Origin: an uncultured Desulfobacterales bacterium
Lineage (GTDB): Bacteria; Desulfobacterota; Dissulfuribacteria; Dissulfuribacterales; QOAL01
Length of the DNA stretch: 64,000 bases
Assembly: GCA_964573805.1 (NCBI GenBank)
Contig: CAZNKP010000020.1
Span: 75,647 to 139,646 of the forward strand
Reading direction: 5' to 3'
Part shown: piece after piece, positions 33,928 through 43,650 of the stretch
Position numbering within the stretch: the stretch's first letter is position 1
Layout of the letters: each line of letters starts with the position of its first letter
Program-made: the position numbers and the translations under genes
Notes under the pieces: generated by a model
Told to the model about the DNA's origin: nothing
Database searches by the model: none
The model's input: the letters and a program-made list of their open reading frames with translations, nothing else

Positions 33928-35211
33928 ATGGCACAGCATGTAACCGATTATCTGCAGTGGTTTCATTTCCGGGAACCGCCTTTTAGGCTTTCTCCTGATA
34001 TTGACTTTTTTTTCCCGTCCAAGGCCCACAAACAGGCCATTGAGATCCTGAAATATGGCATAAGCAGAGGGGAAGGTTTTATGGTGCTTAGCGGTCAGGC
34101 AGGCACTGGGAAGACCATGCTTTTGCGTTTGTTGTTAAGGGATCTTCCCGAGGAAAAACAGGCAGCATTTATTGTGACTCCTGCAGTGAGTCCTAGGGGG
34201 CTTCTAACTCTGCTTTTAGAGGAGTTAGACATTCCTATAACTCCTGAAAGGAGGGAGCTTGCCCTTCTTCTGAAAGATTTTCAGGAGCATATAATAGCTC
34301 TGGCCAAAGAGGGAAAGAGTATAGTCATAGTAATTGACGAGGCCCAGGATCTACCACTTGAAACCATCGAACAGTTACGGTTGCTTTCGAATATAGAGAC
34401 CAGAAAGAAGAAACTTGTTCAGATTCTGCTTGTTGGTCAGCCAGAGCTACGCTCTCTTCTTGCAGACCCTAGGCTTTGTCAGCTTACACAGCGTATAGTC
34501 ATAAATGAGATCCTTGCTCCCCTTGGAGAGCAAGAGACTGCAGACTATGTTCAATTTCGTTTATCTAGGGCTGGAGTGGGAGATTTAGGAATCTCAAAAC
34601 AGTTTTTCCCTGAATTACATAAATACACTAGAGGGCTGCCAAGGCTCATAAACAGGGCCATGGACAGGGTGCTTCTTATGGCTGCCGCTTCTGGCTCCAT
34701 GGTTCTTACCCCTTCTCATCTCCATGATGCCATGTCTACATTGCCTGAGCCTGTGTTTCAGCAGGAGATTAGGTCGTATTCAGGGGCAAGGCTGGCTGCC
34801 ATCAGTAGGAATTTGGGGTTTATAGCCATGGGTTGTGGTGTAGGAGCAGCTCTGTGTTTTCTGCTCTTTTCTGGCAATATATTACATCGTACAGAAGGTC
34901 CCTTGCCAGTTAAAGCTGAGATTACCAAGGCCGATTCAGCAATGTTTCCTGTCAAGGTTTCTGTCAAGAGCGTAAAGATTCATGCCCAACCAGCCAAAAC
35001 TTCCCATGTTGTTACCACTGTCAAGAAAGGTCACGGACTTATGGTCTTAGAAGAAAAGGGTAAGTGGTTTAGAGTCCAGGCCCAAAATTCTCAAGGGGAA
35101 GCCTTTAAAGGCTGGCTGCTCAAGAAGCAGGTGGAAAGGAGTTTTAGTGCGATTAATACCTTTTCAAAGAAAGAAGTGGATTGTCCAGAAGGACCACAAA
35201 GGTCAATTTGA
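33928..35211 (+). CDS. ExeA/MshM-like AAA+ ATPase with a C-terminal TM segment and SH3b-like domain
   Basis: 427 aa. Walker A GQAGTGKT and Walker B VIVIDEAQDL. TM LGFIAMGCGVGAALCFLLFSG. C-terminal VKIHAQPAKTSHVVTTVKKGHGLMVLEEKGKWFRVQA...GWLLKKQV resembles bacterial SH3. Confidence 0.8.
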   Translation: MAQHVTDYLQWFHFREPPFRLSPDIDFFFPSKAHKQAIEILKYGISRGEGFMVLSGQAGTGKTMLLRLLLRDLPEEKQAAFIVTPAVSPRGLLTLLLEELDIPITPERRELALLLKDFQEHIIALAKEGKSIVIVIDEAQDLPLETIEQLRLLSNIETRKKKLVQILLVGQPELRSLLADPRLCQLTQRIVINEILAPLGEQETADYVQFRLSRAGVGDLGISKQFFPELHKYTRGLPRLINRAMDRVLLMAAASGSMVLTPSHLHDAMSTLPEPVFQQEIRSYSGARLAAISRNLGFIAMGCGVGAALCFLLFSGNILHRTEGPLPVKAEITKADSAMFPVKVSVKSVKIHAQPAKTSHVVTTVKKGHGLMVLEEKGKWFRVQAQNSQGEAFKGWLLKKQVERSFSAINTFSKKEVDCPEGPQRSI

Positions 35212-36601
35212 CTGTTTGCATGTCAAGGTTTCAGGCCCAAGACTCGAGATCTTAGAGCAGATTACCTGTAAAAGTCCTTCTGAGCTTCCTTTTGATAAGA
35301 TGGAATTGGTTATCCACTCTGAGAGGATTGCCATATCAACAGAATCCTTTCCTCCTATGAAGCAAGAGCTTCTAATGCTCCAAATCGATGAAAGGGTTCG
35401 GCCTGTAGGTCCATGGGCAGAAGACACCATATTACATCATTGTACGTATTTGCTTGATAAGGATTCCAGTCTCAATTCCTTTGTTATTATCTCATTACCT
35501 GAAACGGATATCCGAAATGTTTTGTCTTCCTTGACCGGTACAGGACTTAGGATAAATAGGTGTGTCACCCATGTGGCGGCTGTTGCTGCCCTGGCAGGAC
35601 AGCTTACAGACGAGCCTATAATATCATGTATACTTGACAAATCTTATCTTGAGATCCTGGTTACTGAAAAGGGAATTCCCTACTATTCTCAGATATCTCC
35701 GATAGATGATCAACTTGTAGATTTCGACATAATAGCTCAGGCAGTTTTCAATGTCCGCCAAATTATCGACTCTCGTTTCAATAAGAGTGTCAAAAAAACG
35801 CTCATTTTCAGCAAAGAGAAATTGGATATTCCTGATAAATTAGGGGAGGAAAAGATTTGGAGACCCGACTTCGATTTTGTATCAGGAGGAAATCATGATA
35901 TAGTTTGGCGGTTCCCCCAACTTATAGGGGCCCTATTTGTCCCTAAAAGTTTCGATTGTTTGCCAGAAGATCTTCGTTTTTCTTATCTTATCCAAGACAT
36001 CAATAAGGTGGCTGTGTTTGTCGCCTTGAGTGGCGTGGCAATCCTAGGTGCTTCAGGGCTATACCTTTCTAATCAACATGTGAAGGTCTTGGCTGATTTT
36101 CAGCAGCTCGACTCCTCTGTAGAAAATCGCAAGACAGAATTGATAAAAAAGATGCCAGGAAGAGATGAAGCAAGCTCGGTGGCCCATGTTCTTAAGGTTA
36201 TTAACTCCGTTTCAAAAGAACCTCCTTTAGATGCGCTTCTATATTCTTTGGCTCTTAGTGTGCCAGAGGACGTTATTATAGATGAGATCAAGATAGATAG
36301 AAAGCCAGATCAAAATATGCAGTCACCTGCAGAAGCTCCTAGTCCAGAGATGCTTTCTCAAGAATCCGCGTCTCAACTCGAAGGCCATGAGGCAGACAAG
36401 GCCTTTTTTGACATGCCACTAACTGTCTGGTTGAGATTTTTGACATCTGGAGATTTTCAGCAGGTGAAAACCAGACTTGAAAAAACTGTAGACCTCCTTG
36501 GAGCCAAGTTTGAAGTGAGTAATATCAAAATGGAATATAAGGAAGATACAGGTCAGGGCCAACTTTCTTGCCGCCTGGAAATTTTGGGAGAAGGTGTATG
36601 A
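35147..36601 (+). CDS. MshI-like assembly protein (PilM-like cytoplasmic domain - TM - PilN-like periplasmic domain)
   Basis: 484 aa. GTG start preceded by AAGGAG at 5-nt spacing, overlapping the upstream gene by 65 nt. Single TM (VAVFVALSGVAILGASGLYLS) near residue 300. Function inferred from size, topology and position. Confidence 0.55.
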   Translation: MRLIPFQRKKWIVQKDHKGQFDCLHVKVSGPRLEILEQITCKSPSELPFDKMELVIHSERIAISTESFPPMKQELLMLQIDERVRPVGPWAEDTILHHCTYLLDKDSSLNSFVIISLPETDIRNVLSSLTGTGLRINRCVTHVAAVAALAGQLTDEPIISCILDKSYLEILVTEKGIPYYSQISPIDDQLVDFDIIAQAVFNVRQIIDSRFNKSVKKTLIFSKEKLDIPDKLGEEKIWRPDFDFVSGGNHDIVWRFPQLIGALFVPKSFDCLPEDLRFSYLIQDINKVAVFVALSGVAILGASGLYLSNQHVKVLADFQQLDSSVENRKTELIKKMPGRDEASSVAHVLKVINSVSKEPPLDALLYSLALSVPEDVIIDEIKIDRKPDQNMQSPAEAPSPEMLSQESASQLEGHEADKAFFDMPLTVWLRFLTSGDFQQVKTRLEKTVDLLGAKFEVSNIKMEYKEDTGQGQLSCRLEILGEGV

Positions 36602-37092
36602 AAATTTCCTGGTTTCTTTCTCCAAGATTGTCTTTTGTCATTGAAATTGTAGTTGTTATGGTCTTTTTAGGAGCACTCTACTGGAATCTGAGCACTTATG
36701 CCAAGATCAGAAATCTGAGAGAGGAGATCAAAAAGCTGGAGCAAACGCTTACAAGGCTTGACCGGCTTGAAAGAAAGGTCAAAAGATACAACCGGGTGAA
36801 AGCATCCCTTTTGTCTTCTATGTCAGCACAGAAGCTCAACTATCACTGGGAAGATGTAAGCTTAGAGTTTGGACCTATCGAATTTTCAGATCTTTTAAGC
36901 CGCTTAGAGCTTCTCAATACAGAAATCCAACAAAAGTACCACAAAAGAGGAATATTTGTCCTTACCCAATTCAACACTATTCATCCCGACTCTAAGGCAA
37001 CGGATCAGTCCAATGATACAACAGGCGCCTTTAAGGCAAAAGGACGTCCTGGTTTTGAAATTCGAGGAAGGCTTTTATGTCTATGTCAATAG
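36598..37092 (+). CDS. PilO/MshJ-like bitopic assembly protein
   Basis: Start set at ATG 36598, overlapping the previous stop (ATGA). TM (LSFVIEIVVVMVFLGALYWNL) followed by a coiled coil (IRNLREEIKKLEQTLTRLDRLERKV). Confidence 0.5.
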   Translation: MKISWFLSPRLSFVIEIVVVMVFLGALYWNLSTYAKIRNLREEIKKLEQTLTRLDRLERKVKRYNRVKASLLSSMSAQKLNYHWEDVSLEFGPIEFSDLLSRLELLNTEIQQKYHKRGIFVLTQFNTIHPDSKATDQSNDTTGAFKAKGRPGFEIRGRLLCLCQ

Positions 37093-37538
37093 AGTATGTA
37101 AAAAAGAGCATCCTACAAGCAGCACCAGTTACTTGCCTGGTAATTGGTTCTATAGTGGTCATATATGCTTCTTTATGGGTTAGGCCAATAAGTAACATTG
37201 CTAATGAGCAGATAACTGCTGATTCCCTTGGAATGCTTCCACAAGATATGATCCCAAGGTCATTTTTGGGCACACATAAACATCTTAGCTATGCTAACGT
37301 GAAAGATCCTTTTGAATTGTCACAACTTGACACAGGAGCAAAGGCAGAAGAATTGCCACAGCTAAAACTGACCATGATTATTATCAACAAAAGGCACAAG
37401 ATGTGCAAGGTTAACGGAAAACTTTATACAGAAGGAGAAAAGGGGCCCGATTTCCAAGTAAAGTACATTGGTGAAGAAAAGGTTCTAATAGAAAGACAAG
37501 GTAGGGGACAATGGCTTTTCCTTGCACAAAACAGCTAG
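37077..37538 (+). CDS. PilP/MshK/GspC-like small bitopic protein
   Basis: 153 aa. TM (APVTCLVIGSIVVIYASLWV). C-terminal beta-domain pattern (MCKVNGKLYTEGEKGPDFQVKYIGEEKVLIERQG). GAGGAAGG Shine-Dalgarno upstream. Confidence 0.5.
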   Translation: MSMSIEYVKKSILQAAPVTCLVIGSIVVIYASLWVRPISNIANEQITADSLGMLPQDMIPRSFLGTHKHLSYANVKDPFELSQLDTGAKAEELPQLKLTMIIINKRHKMCKVNGKLYTEGEKGPDFQVKYIGEEKVLIERQGRGQWLFLAQNS

Positions 37539-39184
37539 CCATCAGAAAACAAAAAAGGCGCTCGTTTAATCTGTATCGATATCTAGCGATTATTATTATC
37601 CTTGGTTTCTTTTCCTTAATCTCAGGATGTGCTTTACAGCCAAAAGTGGCAGACTCTGTAGCCATTCCCAAAGAAAGAAAGGCCCCTAATAAAAGACCTT
37701 CTCACTGTCTGATGTCTAAAAGGTCAGATCCAAGTTCTCCTGTCATAAAGAGAGCATCTTTAAAAAAACCAAAACCTAAATTTAAGGAACTTTCACCTCT
37801 GGATATCCAGTTGGTATCCCTCTCGTTTATACAGGAAGATTACAGGTCTATTTTTCAGGCTTTGGCACATGCTGCTGGTCTAAATCTGGTAATAGATGAT
37901 TCAGCAGTAGCTACCCTCTCCCAAGGCAAGAAGCTTACGGCCGAATTCGTGGAACAGCCGGTACGACAGGTGCTGAACGCAGTTTGCAGGGCAGCGAATC
38001 TTGGCTGGGAAGAGAGAGATGGAACGGTTTATATACTGGGTTTTGTGGAGAAGATACTCAATTTGGATTTTATTGCCTCTACCCATAGGGCCAAGGTCAC
38101 TGTTGGAGGTGATGTCCTTGGAGGCCAAGCAGGAGGAGGTGGAGGAGGCTCCAATCAGGGTATCACTGCACAGGGGGAAGGCGAGATCGCAACTCCTCTT
38201 ACTGGAAGTTTTGAAATCAGTGGTGAAACCGCGCCAGGAGCCCTTGATATTTACAAAGAGATAGATAACTCCGTTAAGGCCTATCTTGAGGGTAAGGGAA
38301 AGTATTTTTTGAACCGCAACACTGGAACTTTGTTGGTCCAAGGTCCGCCAAAGATGGTCCAAAGAATCGAAGACTATATTAATACCCTAAAAGAGAAGTA
38401 TCAAAGGCAGGTGCTGATAGAGGCCAGGATCATAGAGGTTGCTCTGGATGAAAGCTCAGAGCTTGGAATAGATTGGAGGCGGCTAACTATAAATGCCAGC
38501 GATAACCCTATTCATCCCAAAGGTACCTCTTTTCAGTTAAGTAGCCAGCTCTTGGAAGGTGCCCTTAGAGAATCCACCATGTATGGTATCACCTTAACCA
38601 ATCCTTACTATGACCTGTCTGTAGTAATCAGGGCCTTAGAACAATTTGGCAATGTTAAAACGCTCTCTAATCCTAGACTTAAGGTGCTAAATGGACAACC
38701 TGCCATGATCAGCGTTGGACAGTCTGTTTCCTATTTGCGTAAGTTTGAGATTATGGTGGATCAACAGCAGGGCTTCCGGAGCGAGACTCCAAATGCAGAA
38801 ATTGCCTCTATCTTTAACGGTATCCTCCTTGGTGTTACCCCAATCATAGATGATAAAGACAATGTAACCTTGAACATGGTTCCTATAAAAAGTGACATAA
38901 TCTCTTTGGAACAAAGAGAGCTTACAGATGGCAACCTATATACATTCCCAGTGGTAAATCTTAGGGAGGCAGCCACTACTGTTAGGGCCCATTCTGGAGA
39001 TTTAGTGATACTTGGAGGACTAATTGAGGAAAGAAGTGGTAAAAATACCACAGGCCTTCCTATCCTTTCGCGTCTGCCTGGTTTTTTAAGTCTCCCATTT
39101 AGTTTTAAACAGAATACAAATAGAAAGGTTGAATTAGTTATTATATTAAAAATAGATGTGATAAAAGATGAGCAAACTGTTTGA
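37511..39184 (+). CDS. Secretin (MshL/PilQ/GspD family), lipoprotein type
   Basis: 557 aa. Lipobox LISGC. C-terminal secretin domain (NPRLKVLNGQPAMISVGQ..., VVNLREAATTVRAHSGDLVILGGLIEE...GLPILSRLPG...ELVIILK). Gly-rich insert AGGGGGGS. Confidence 0.9.
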   Translation: MAFPCTKQLAIRKQKRRSFNLYRYLAIIIILGFFSLISGCALQPKVADSVAIPKERKAPNKRPSHCLMSKRSDPSSPVIKRASLKKPKPKFKELSPLDIQLVSLSFIQEDYRSIFQALAHAAGLNLVIDDSAVATLSQGKKLTAEFVEQPVRQVLNAVCRAANLGWEERDGTVYILGFVEKILNLDFIASTHRAKVTVGGDVLGGQAGGGGGGSNQGITAQGEGEIATPLTGSFEISGETAPGALDIYKEIDNSVKAYLEGKGKYFLNRNTGTLLVQGPPKMVQRIEDYINTLKEKYQRQVLIEARIIEVALDESSELGIDWRRLTINASDNPIHPKGTSFQLSSQLLEGALRESTMYGITLTNPYYDLSVVIRALEQFGNVKTLSNPRLKVLNGQPAMISVGQSVSYLRKFEIMVDQQQGFRSETPNAEIASIFNGILLGVTPIIDDKDNVTLNMVPIKSDIISLEQRELTDGNLYTFPVVNLREAATTVRAHSGDLVILGGLIEERSGKNTTGLPILSRLPGFLSLPFSFKQNTNRKVELVIILKIDVIKDEQTV

Positions 39185-39992
39185 GGCCATAAACAGCCTG
39201 GAGGCAAATACCAGTCAGGTAGTGGTAGAATCGCCATTCGACCCTAAATTATTAGATGTAGATGATGCTGGTGCCAAGACAAAACCAAAGGGAAAGAGGC
39301 TCCTTGTATCAGCAGGCCTCATAGTTATCTTGGCAGTAGCAATAGGCCTTGGTGCGCTTCTTATTCTTAGAAAGATGTCAAGGCCAGAGCTTTCGAATCA
39401 GGTCTTACATAAAGTTCAAACACCTGTATATCAAGCAAATATAGCTGACCATGCTAAGACTACTATTAGGGTTCAAACAGACAACTCTTCTGTATCTGCC
39501 TCCAAAACAAAGACAGGCCTTGGAAAACAAACAGCAAAGGTGGATACTCATAATATAGCCTCGTCATTCAAAGAGATAAAGGGTGCAGGACAAAAGGTTA
39601 AGAAAAAACATAATGAAGGATCAGATATTAATCCCTTACCATCTACTTTAACATTAAAAGATCGCAGTGCCTCTCAAGAGGTACTTGCACCATTGGTGGC
39701 AAATCCGTTAATTCTCAATAGTAGACAAAAACGTCTTTTATACCGTGCTGAAAAGCTTAGAAAATCAGGCCTAGAGAATCAGGCCTTGGCCCTTTACAAA
39801 AAGATATGGAATAAATCTCATAATCCCTTGGTAGCCAACAACTTGGCAGCTATACTTATGGAAAAGGGAGAATATCAAGAGGCCAAAGACATCTTGGAAC
39901 AAGCGATTGACATCTCACCAGGAGACAATGACCTAATATATAATCTGAAGCAGGTTAAAGCTTTCATCAGAGCCAAAGAAACGGCATACTAG
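39168..39992 (+). CDS. Bitopic TPR-repeat protein (MshN-like)
   Basis: 274 aa. TM (LLVSAGLIVILAVAIGLGALLIL). C-terminal TPR-like repeats (ALALYKKIWNKSHNPLVANNLAAILMEKGEYQEAKDILEQAIDISPGD). Confidence 0.6.
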   Translation: MSKLFEAINSLEANTSQVVVESPFDPKLLDVDDAGAKTKPKGKRLLVSAGLIVILAVAIGLGALLILRKMSRPELSNQVLHKVQTPVYQANIADHAKTTIRVQTDNSSVSASKTKTGLGKQTAKVDTHNIASSFKEIKGAGQKVKKKHNEGSDINPLPSTLTLKDRSASQEVLAPLVANPLILNSRQKRLLYRAEKLRKSGLENQALALYKKIWNKSHNPLVANNLAAILMEKGEYQEAKDILEQAIDISPGDNDLIYNLKQVKAFIRAKETAY

Positions 39993-40011
39993 CCCTCAAA
40001 AGAGGTGAACC

Positions 40012-40521
40012 TTGAGCAGCCTTTTTAGGCAGAAAAGCCACAGTGAGGGATTTACCTTTGTGGAGTTAGCCATATTCCTATTGATTGTTGGCCTAATTCT
40101 GGGGGTAGCTGTAGCAGCCTGGAGCGTTCTTGCACAGGGAAGGCAGATACAGGCAGCCAAAAACACCCTCAAAACTGTTAATAACTGTCTTACAGACTAT
40201 ACTGTGATGGCCAAAAAGATATCCGGGACAGAATATTTTTCAAAATTTTGTCAAAAAAATGATCCATGGGGTTTGGAACTAAAATATTTACATGCTCATG
40301 ATACCAATGGGATGAATTGTTCTTCGCCATTAAGCGGAACATTAAGTGTAAAAGTGGCTCCTGGAGATACTAGAAATTCGGTTGCATGGATAGTTATTAG
40401 TGCAGGACCCAACAGGCATTTCGATTATTATATGAGCGGTACTTTGGTAGACTTTACCTCAGGAGATGACGTTTATATCATGTCATCCGATATGGAGATC
40501 CATAATGAAGTATGCCCATAA
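40012..40521 (+). CDS. Type IV pilin / pseudopilin-like protein (minor subunit candidate)
   Basis: 169 aa. TTG start with a GAGGTGA Shine-Dalgarno. Class III signal MSSLFRQKSHSEG|FTFVELAIFLLIVGLILG. Confidence 0.75.
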   Translation: MSSLFRQKSHSEGFTFVELAIFLLIVGLILGVAVAAWSVLAQGRQIQAAKNTLKTVNNCLTDYTVMAKKISGTEYFSKFCQKNDPWGLELKYLHAHDTNGMNCSSPLSGTLSVKVAPGDTRNSVAWIVISAGPNRHFDYYMSGTLVDFTSGDDVYIMSSDMEIHNEVCP

Positions 40522-41104
40522 AGGCCAAGGGTTCACTTTAGTAGAGATAGCAGTTGTATTAGTGATTGTTGGTCTAATTGTTGGGACTTTGGCCCCGTTA
40601 ATGATGAGCATGATAAAAAAAGATAAGCTCAAGAACGGTAGAGATACAGTACAAAGGGCTAGGGACGAAATTATTGGTTATACCATGATCAACAATGGTA
40701 AGCTTCCTTCGAGTATAAATGCGCTTTCTCACAGGCTAGATCCTTGGGGGAACCCCATTTTTTTGATAGTCGATCCAAATCTTCCAAACAGAGATATATG
40801 TAGTGTTAATTTGGGTGATTCTGACCTGCTAAGTATAATCTTTTATCAAGCCTCTGGAGGAGGAGTATGCTCCAATTCCAACATTTTAAACAATATAGTC
40901 TGCATTATCGGTTCGAAAGGACCTGATTATAATAGACAGATAAGCGGTCTTGCCTCACATAATCGGGTGGGAATACTAGACTATGGTTGTCAAAATGACC
41001 TGTTTCCGGCAGATAATGCGGGCCTGTCTAGTAATAGGCCCTTTGATGATATATACGAATACATAAGCCTTAGTGAAATCAAGTCCAGAGTATGCTCACC
41101 CTAG
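40505..41104 (+). CDS. Type IV pilin / pseudopilin-like protein (minor subunit candidate)
   Basis: Start set at ATG 40505 (TGGAGA upstream). Class III signal MKYAHKGQG|FTLVEIAVVLVIVGLIVG. Confidence 0.75.
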   Translation: MKYAHKGQGFTLVEIAVVLVIVGLIVGTLAPLMMSMIKKDKLKNGRDTVQRARDEIIGYTMINNGKLPSSINALSHRLDPWGNPIFLIVDPNLPNRDICSVNLGDSDLLSIIFYQASGGGVCSNSNILNNIVCIIGSKGPDYNRQISGLASHNRVGILDYGCQNDLFPADNAGLSSNRPFDDIYEYISLSEIKSRVCSP

Positions 41105-41171
41105 TTGTTCTTGCTTTTGTATTTACTGCATAGGATAAGGCCAAAAAGACATTGTGGCATATCCATAAAAA

Positions 41172-41200
41172 AGCCGGACGTACTGGAAGTACCTCCGGCT
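41172..41200 (-). terminator. Intrinsic terminator for the minus-strand MCP gene
   Basis: On the minus strand, AGCCGGAGGTAC-TTCCA-GTACGTCCGGCT (one mismatch) is followed by TTTTTT (complement of 41166-41171). Lies about 110 nt downstream of the MCP stop. Confidence 0.65.
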
Positions 41201-41307
41201 GATCAGTTTAAAACCCTGGTAAAGGCAATTCTCTCAAATTATGTCTTGCCACTGAGCCAAGGGTTATGATTTTTTTAGGCAGCCTTGGATTCTCGATTCC
41301 TTATACC

Positions 41308-43650
41308 TTATTGAAAAGATGAGACCTTAAATTTTCTTATAATCTTCTCTACCTTCTTGGCCTTGACCTGTAATTCTTCCATAGAATTTAGGGCCCTTTC
41401 TGCTCCTTGGGCATTTTGGAGTGCAACAGAAGCAACTGTATCCATAAGTTTTTGCAGTGCAGAACTTCTCTCTTTCTGTTTTGAGGTACGGTTTGTTATT
41501 TCACTGGAATTAATTACAACCTTATCAACAGTTTCAACTGCTGTCCGTGTGGTGAGGGTTGTGGAGTTGGCAATAGAACTGATGTCGTCACTTAGTCTTT
41601 CCAGTTCCAATATTGCCTTTTCTGCAAGCTGTCGTCTCTCTGCCTGTTTGTTAGTCATATCCACAATAGCGCCAGATTGAAGCTTTAGATTTTCCATGGA
41701 TGATAAGAGGCTCTGGATAGACTTATTTTGGCGACCTGATATGGCAGCGATGCCTACTGTAACCTTACTGCTATTTTCTACAGTATTTAGGAGTTCTCCA
41801 AGGGTTTTTTCGCTTTCTGCAGCAAGCCGAAGTCCTTTAACAACGCTGTCCCGGCTGCCCTGGATAAGGCTTTCTATTTCTTTGGTGGACTCGCTGGTAC
41901 GATCTGCAAGCTTTCTGATTTCCTCAGCAACAACGGCAAAACCCCTGCCATGTTCACCGGCCCTGGCAGCCTCAATAGCTGCGTTAAGGGCCAAGAGGTT
42001 GGTCTGTTCTGCAATATCAGAGATCAGATCGACGATTTCCCTAACTTGCTCCGAGCTTCTGGCAATTTCTTGCATACCTTTAACTGTTTCGCTCATTGCA
42101 GCGCGTCCTTTTTGGGCACTGTCTAAGGTCTGTTTTGCCTGGGCAGCGGCATTGTTTGCTTCCTTGGCCATTTCTTCAAGTTCAGTGGCCATATCATTAA
42201 GGGCCTTAGCTGTTTTTTCAGCGGCTTCAGATTGCTTAACGGCCCTTTCCTGTACCTTTTTGGCAGTATCTCCCATTGCCGCAACAGTCTGGGCCACACC
42301 TTCTGCACCTTCTTTGTTTTGGGCAGATACCTTTGTAATTTGAGCGTTAGTCCTAGCCATCTCCTCAATGACTTGGGCAGCCTCTTTGGCCAACTTTGCA
42401 GATGATTCGGCATGATAAGCAACCTCTTGTGCCGTCTGGCCCATTAATGCCATTCTCTTGCGGACGTCATCAGCCCTTTGGGCCTGCTGAGTGGCGTTTT
42501 CTGTAATGCGTTTGGCAACTTCATAGACCTCTGAGCTTGCCTCGCTGAATTCGGCGGCAGTCTTGATAACGTCTTTGAACGCCTCTTGCAAGCTTGCCAA
42601 GAATTTGTTGACTGATTCTGCCATCTCGCCAACTTCGTCTCTGCTCCTTACTTTCAATCTCTTGGTTAAGTCCATATTTTTGGCAGTAGAATTAAGAAAT
42701 GTTGCTGCCTCAACAATTGGTCGGGCAACATCTTTGTTCAGAAAGTATGCCAAGAGAAGAAGCATAAGAAAGACAACACCATTTGCGATTAGGGTTGGCT
42801 GTAGAAGTTCTTGCATTGATGAAAAAAGTGCATCCTCTGCCACAAAAGATACGGCAAAGCCATCCTTGTTAGTTAGTTTTTTCCATTGTTCCACATAACG
42901 GGATGCAACCGCTATATTGCCATCGTCTCCTTCAACTATAGCTGCTCCTGTAGAGGCGTTTCTGATGGCAGCCCATAACCAATCAGGTGCTTTTGTGCCG
43001 ATTTGATCCTTGGTTGCTGCCATTACGATGATACCAGAGCCGTCCAAGATCAGAAATTGGGAGCCACTACCCCATTTTTGCAGATGGGCGCTTAAAGAAT
43101 CGGGCAAAATAGATGCTATAACATATGCCTTTTGACCAGAAGCGGCTTTTATGTCCTTAATTAGTAGAAAGACTTTCCGACCCTTACCAAAGGGATCTTG
43201 AACTGGCCCTATGAGGGCTGGGGCCTTGCTGCTAGAGACAGAAGGCAACCGTATGCGTTTTCCGAGGAAAGATGAACGGTTAGCAGCTATTACAGAGCCC
43301 CCTTGCACGACAACTAGGCCACTATAATAGGAATATTTTGTAGCCATCTTGGAAAGCAGGCTGTTCGCCCCAGAAAATCCGTTGCCTTCAACTGCTGCAG
43401 ATTTAATGGCGTCTAAGGACGACAGGGTTTCAACATCATTTTGCCTATTTTCCCAGTAACTGTTAAAGGATTCGGCAATCCCCATGGCCACAAGTTCAAG
43501 TTGCTTAGCACCGTCTTTTTTAAGGAGATTATGGATTGAATAAAAATGATAGGCCTGTGTAGCCATGGCCACCAAACCTGTCAAAAATATCAAAAACAAC
43601 ACCTTATTTTGAATTTTCATGTTTTTTAAAGTTGTTAATTGATCTATCAT
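41308..43650 (-). CDS. Methyl-accepting chemotaxis protein with a large periplasmic (Cache-like) sensor, HAMP and a long signalling domain
   Basis: 780 aa with two TMs flanking a ~270-aa periplasmic region. Conserved hairpin tip [43 protein letters not shown] Shine-Dalgarno upstream. Confidence 0.9.
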   Translation of the reverse strand: MIDQLTTLKNMKIQNKVLFLIFLTGLVAMATQAYHFYSIHNLLKKDGAKQLELVAMGIAESFNSYWENRQNDVETLSSLDAIKSAAVEGNGFSGANSLLSKMATKYSYYSGLVVVQGGSVIAANRSSFLGKRIRLPSVSSSKAPALIGPVQDPFGKGRKVFLLIKDIKAASGQKAYVIASILPDSLSAHLQKWGSGSQFLILDGSGIIVMAATKDQIGTKAPDWLWAAIRNASTGAAIVEGDDGNIAVASRYVEQWKKLTNKDGFAVSFVAEDALFSSMQELLQPTLIANGVVFLMLLLLAYFLNKDVARPIVEAATFLNSTAKNMDLTKRLKVRSRDEVGEMAESVNKFLASLQEAFKDVIKTAAEFSEASSEVYEVAKRITENATQQAQRADDVRKRMALMGQTAQEVAYHAESSAKLAKEAAQVIEEMARTNAQITKVSAQNKEGAEGVAQTVAAMGDTAKKVQERAVKQSEAAEKTAKALNDMATELEEMAKEANNAAAQAKQTLDSAQKGRAAMSETVKGMQEIARSSEQVREIVDLISDIAEQTNLLALNAAIEAARAGEHGRGFAVVAEEIRKLADRTSESTKEIESLIQGSRDSVVKGLRLAAESEKTLGELLNTVENSSKVTVGIAAISGRQNKSIQSLLSSMENLKLQSGAIVDMTNKQAERRQLAEKAILELERLSDDISSIANSTTLTTRTAVETVDKVVINSSEITNRTSKQKERSSALQKLMDTVASVALQNAQGAERALNSMEELQVKAKKVEKIIRKFKVSSFQ

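Noticed and set aside
38129-38152. GGA/GGT-rich run encoding AGGGGGGS in the secretin
   Set aside because: This is a short Gly linker between secretin N-domains, not a repeat array or slippage-prone homopolymer. It is of no clear significance.
37901-39237. Minus-strand ORFs of 153, 75 and 158 aa inside the secretin gene
   Set aside because: These are shadow ORFs opposite a gene with canonical secretin motifs. There are no ribosome-binding sites or recognisable domains.
41696-42343. 215-aa plus-strand ORF (Ala/Ser/Leu-rich) and neighbouring plus-strand ORFs inside the 780-aa MCP gene
   Set aside because: These are antisense shadow ORFs of the Ala-rich, heptad-repeat MCP signalling domain. 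They have low-complexity composition and no Shine-Dalgarno, and the minus-strand gene has unmistakable MCP motifs.
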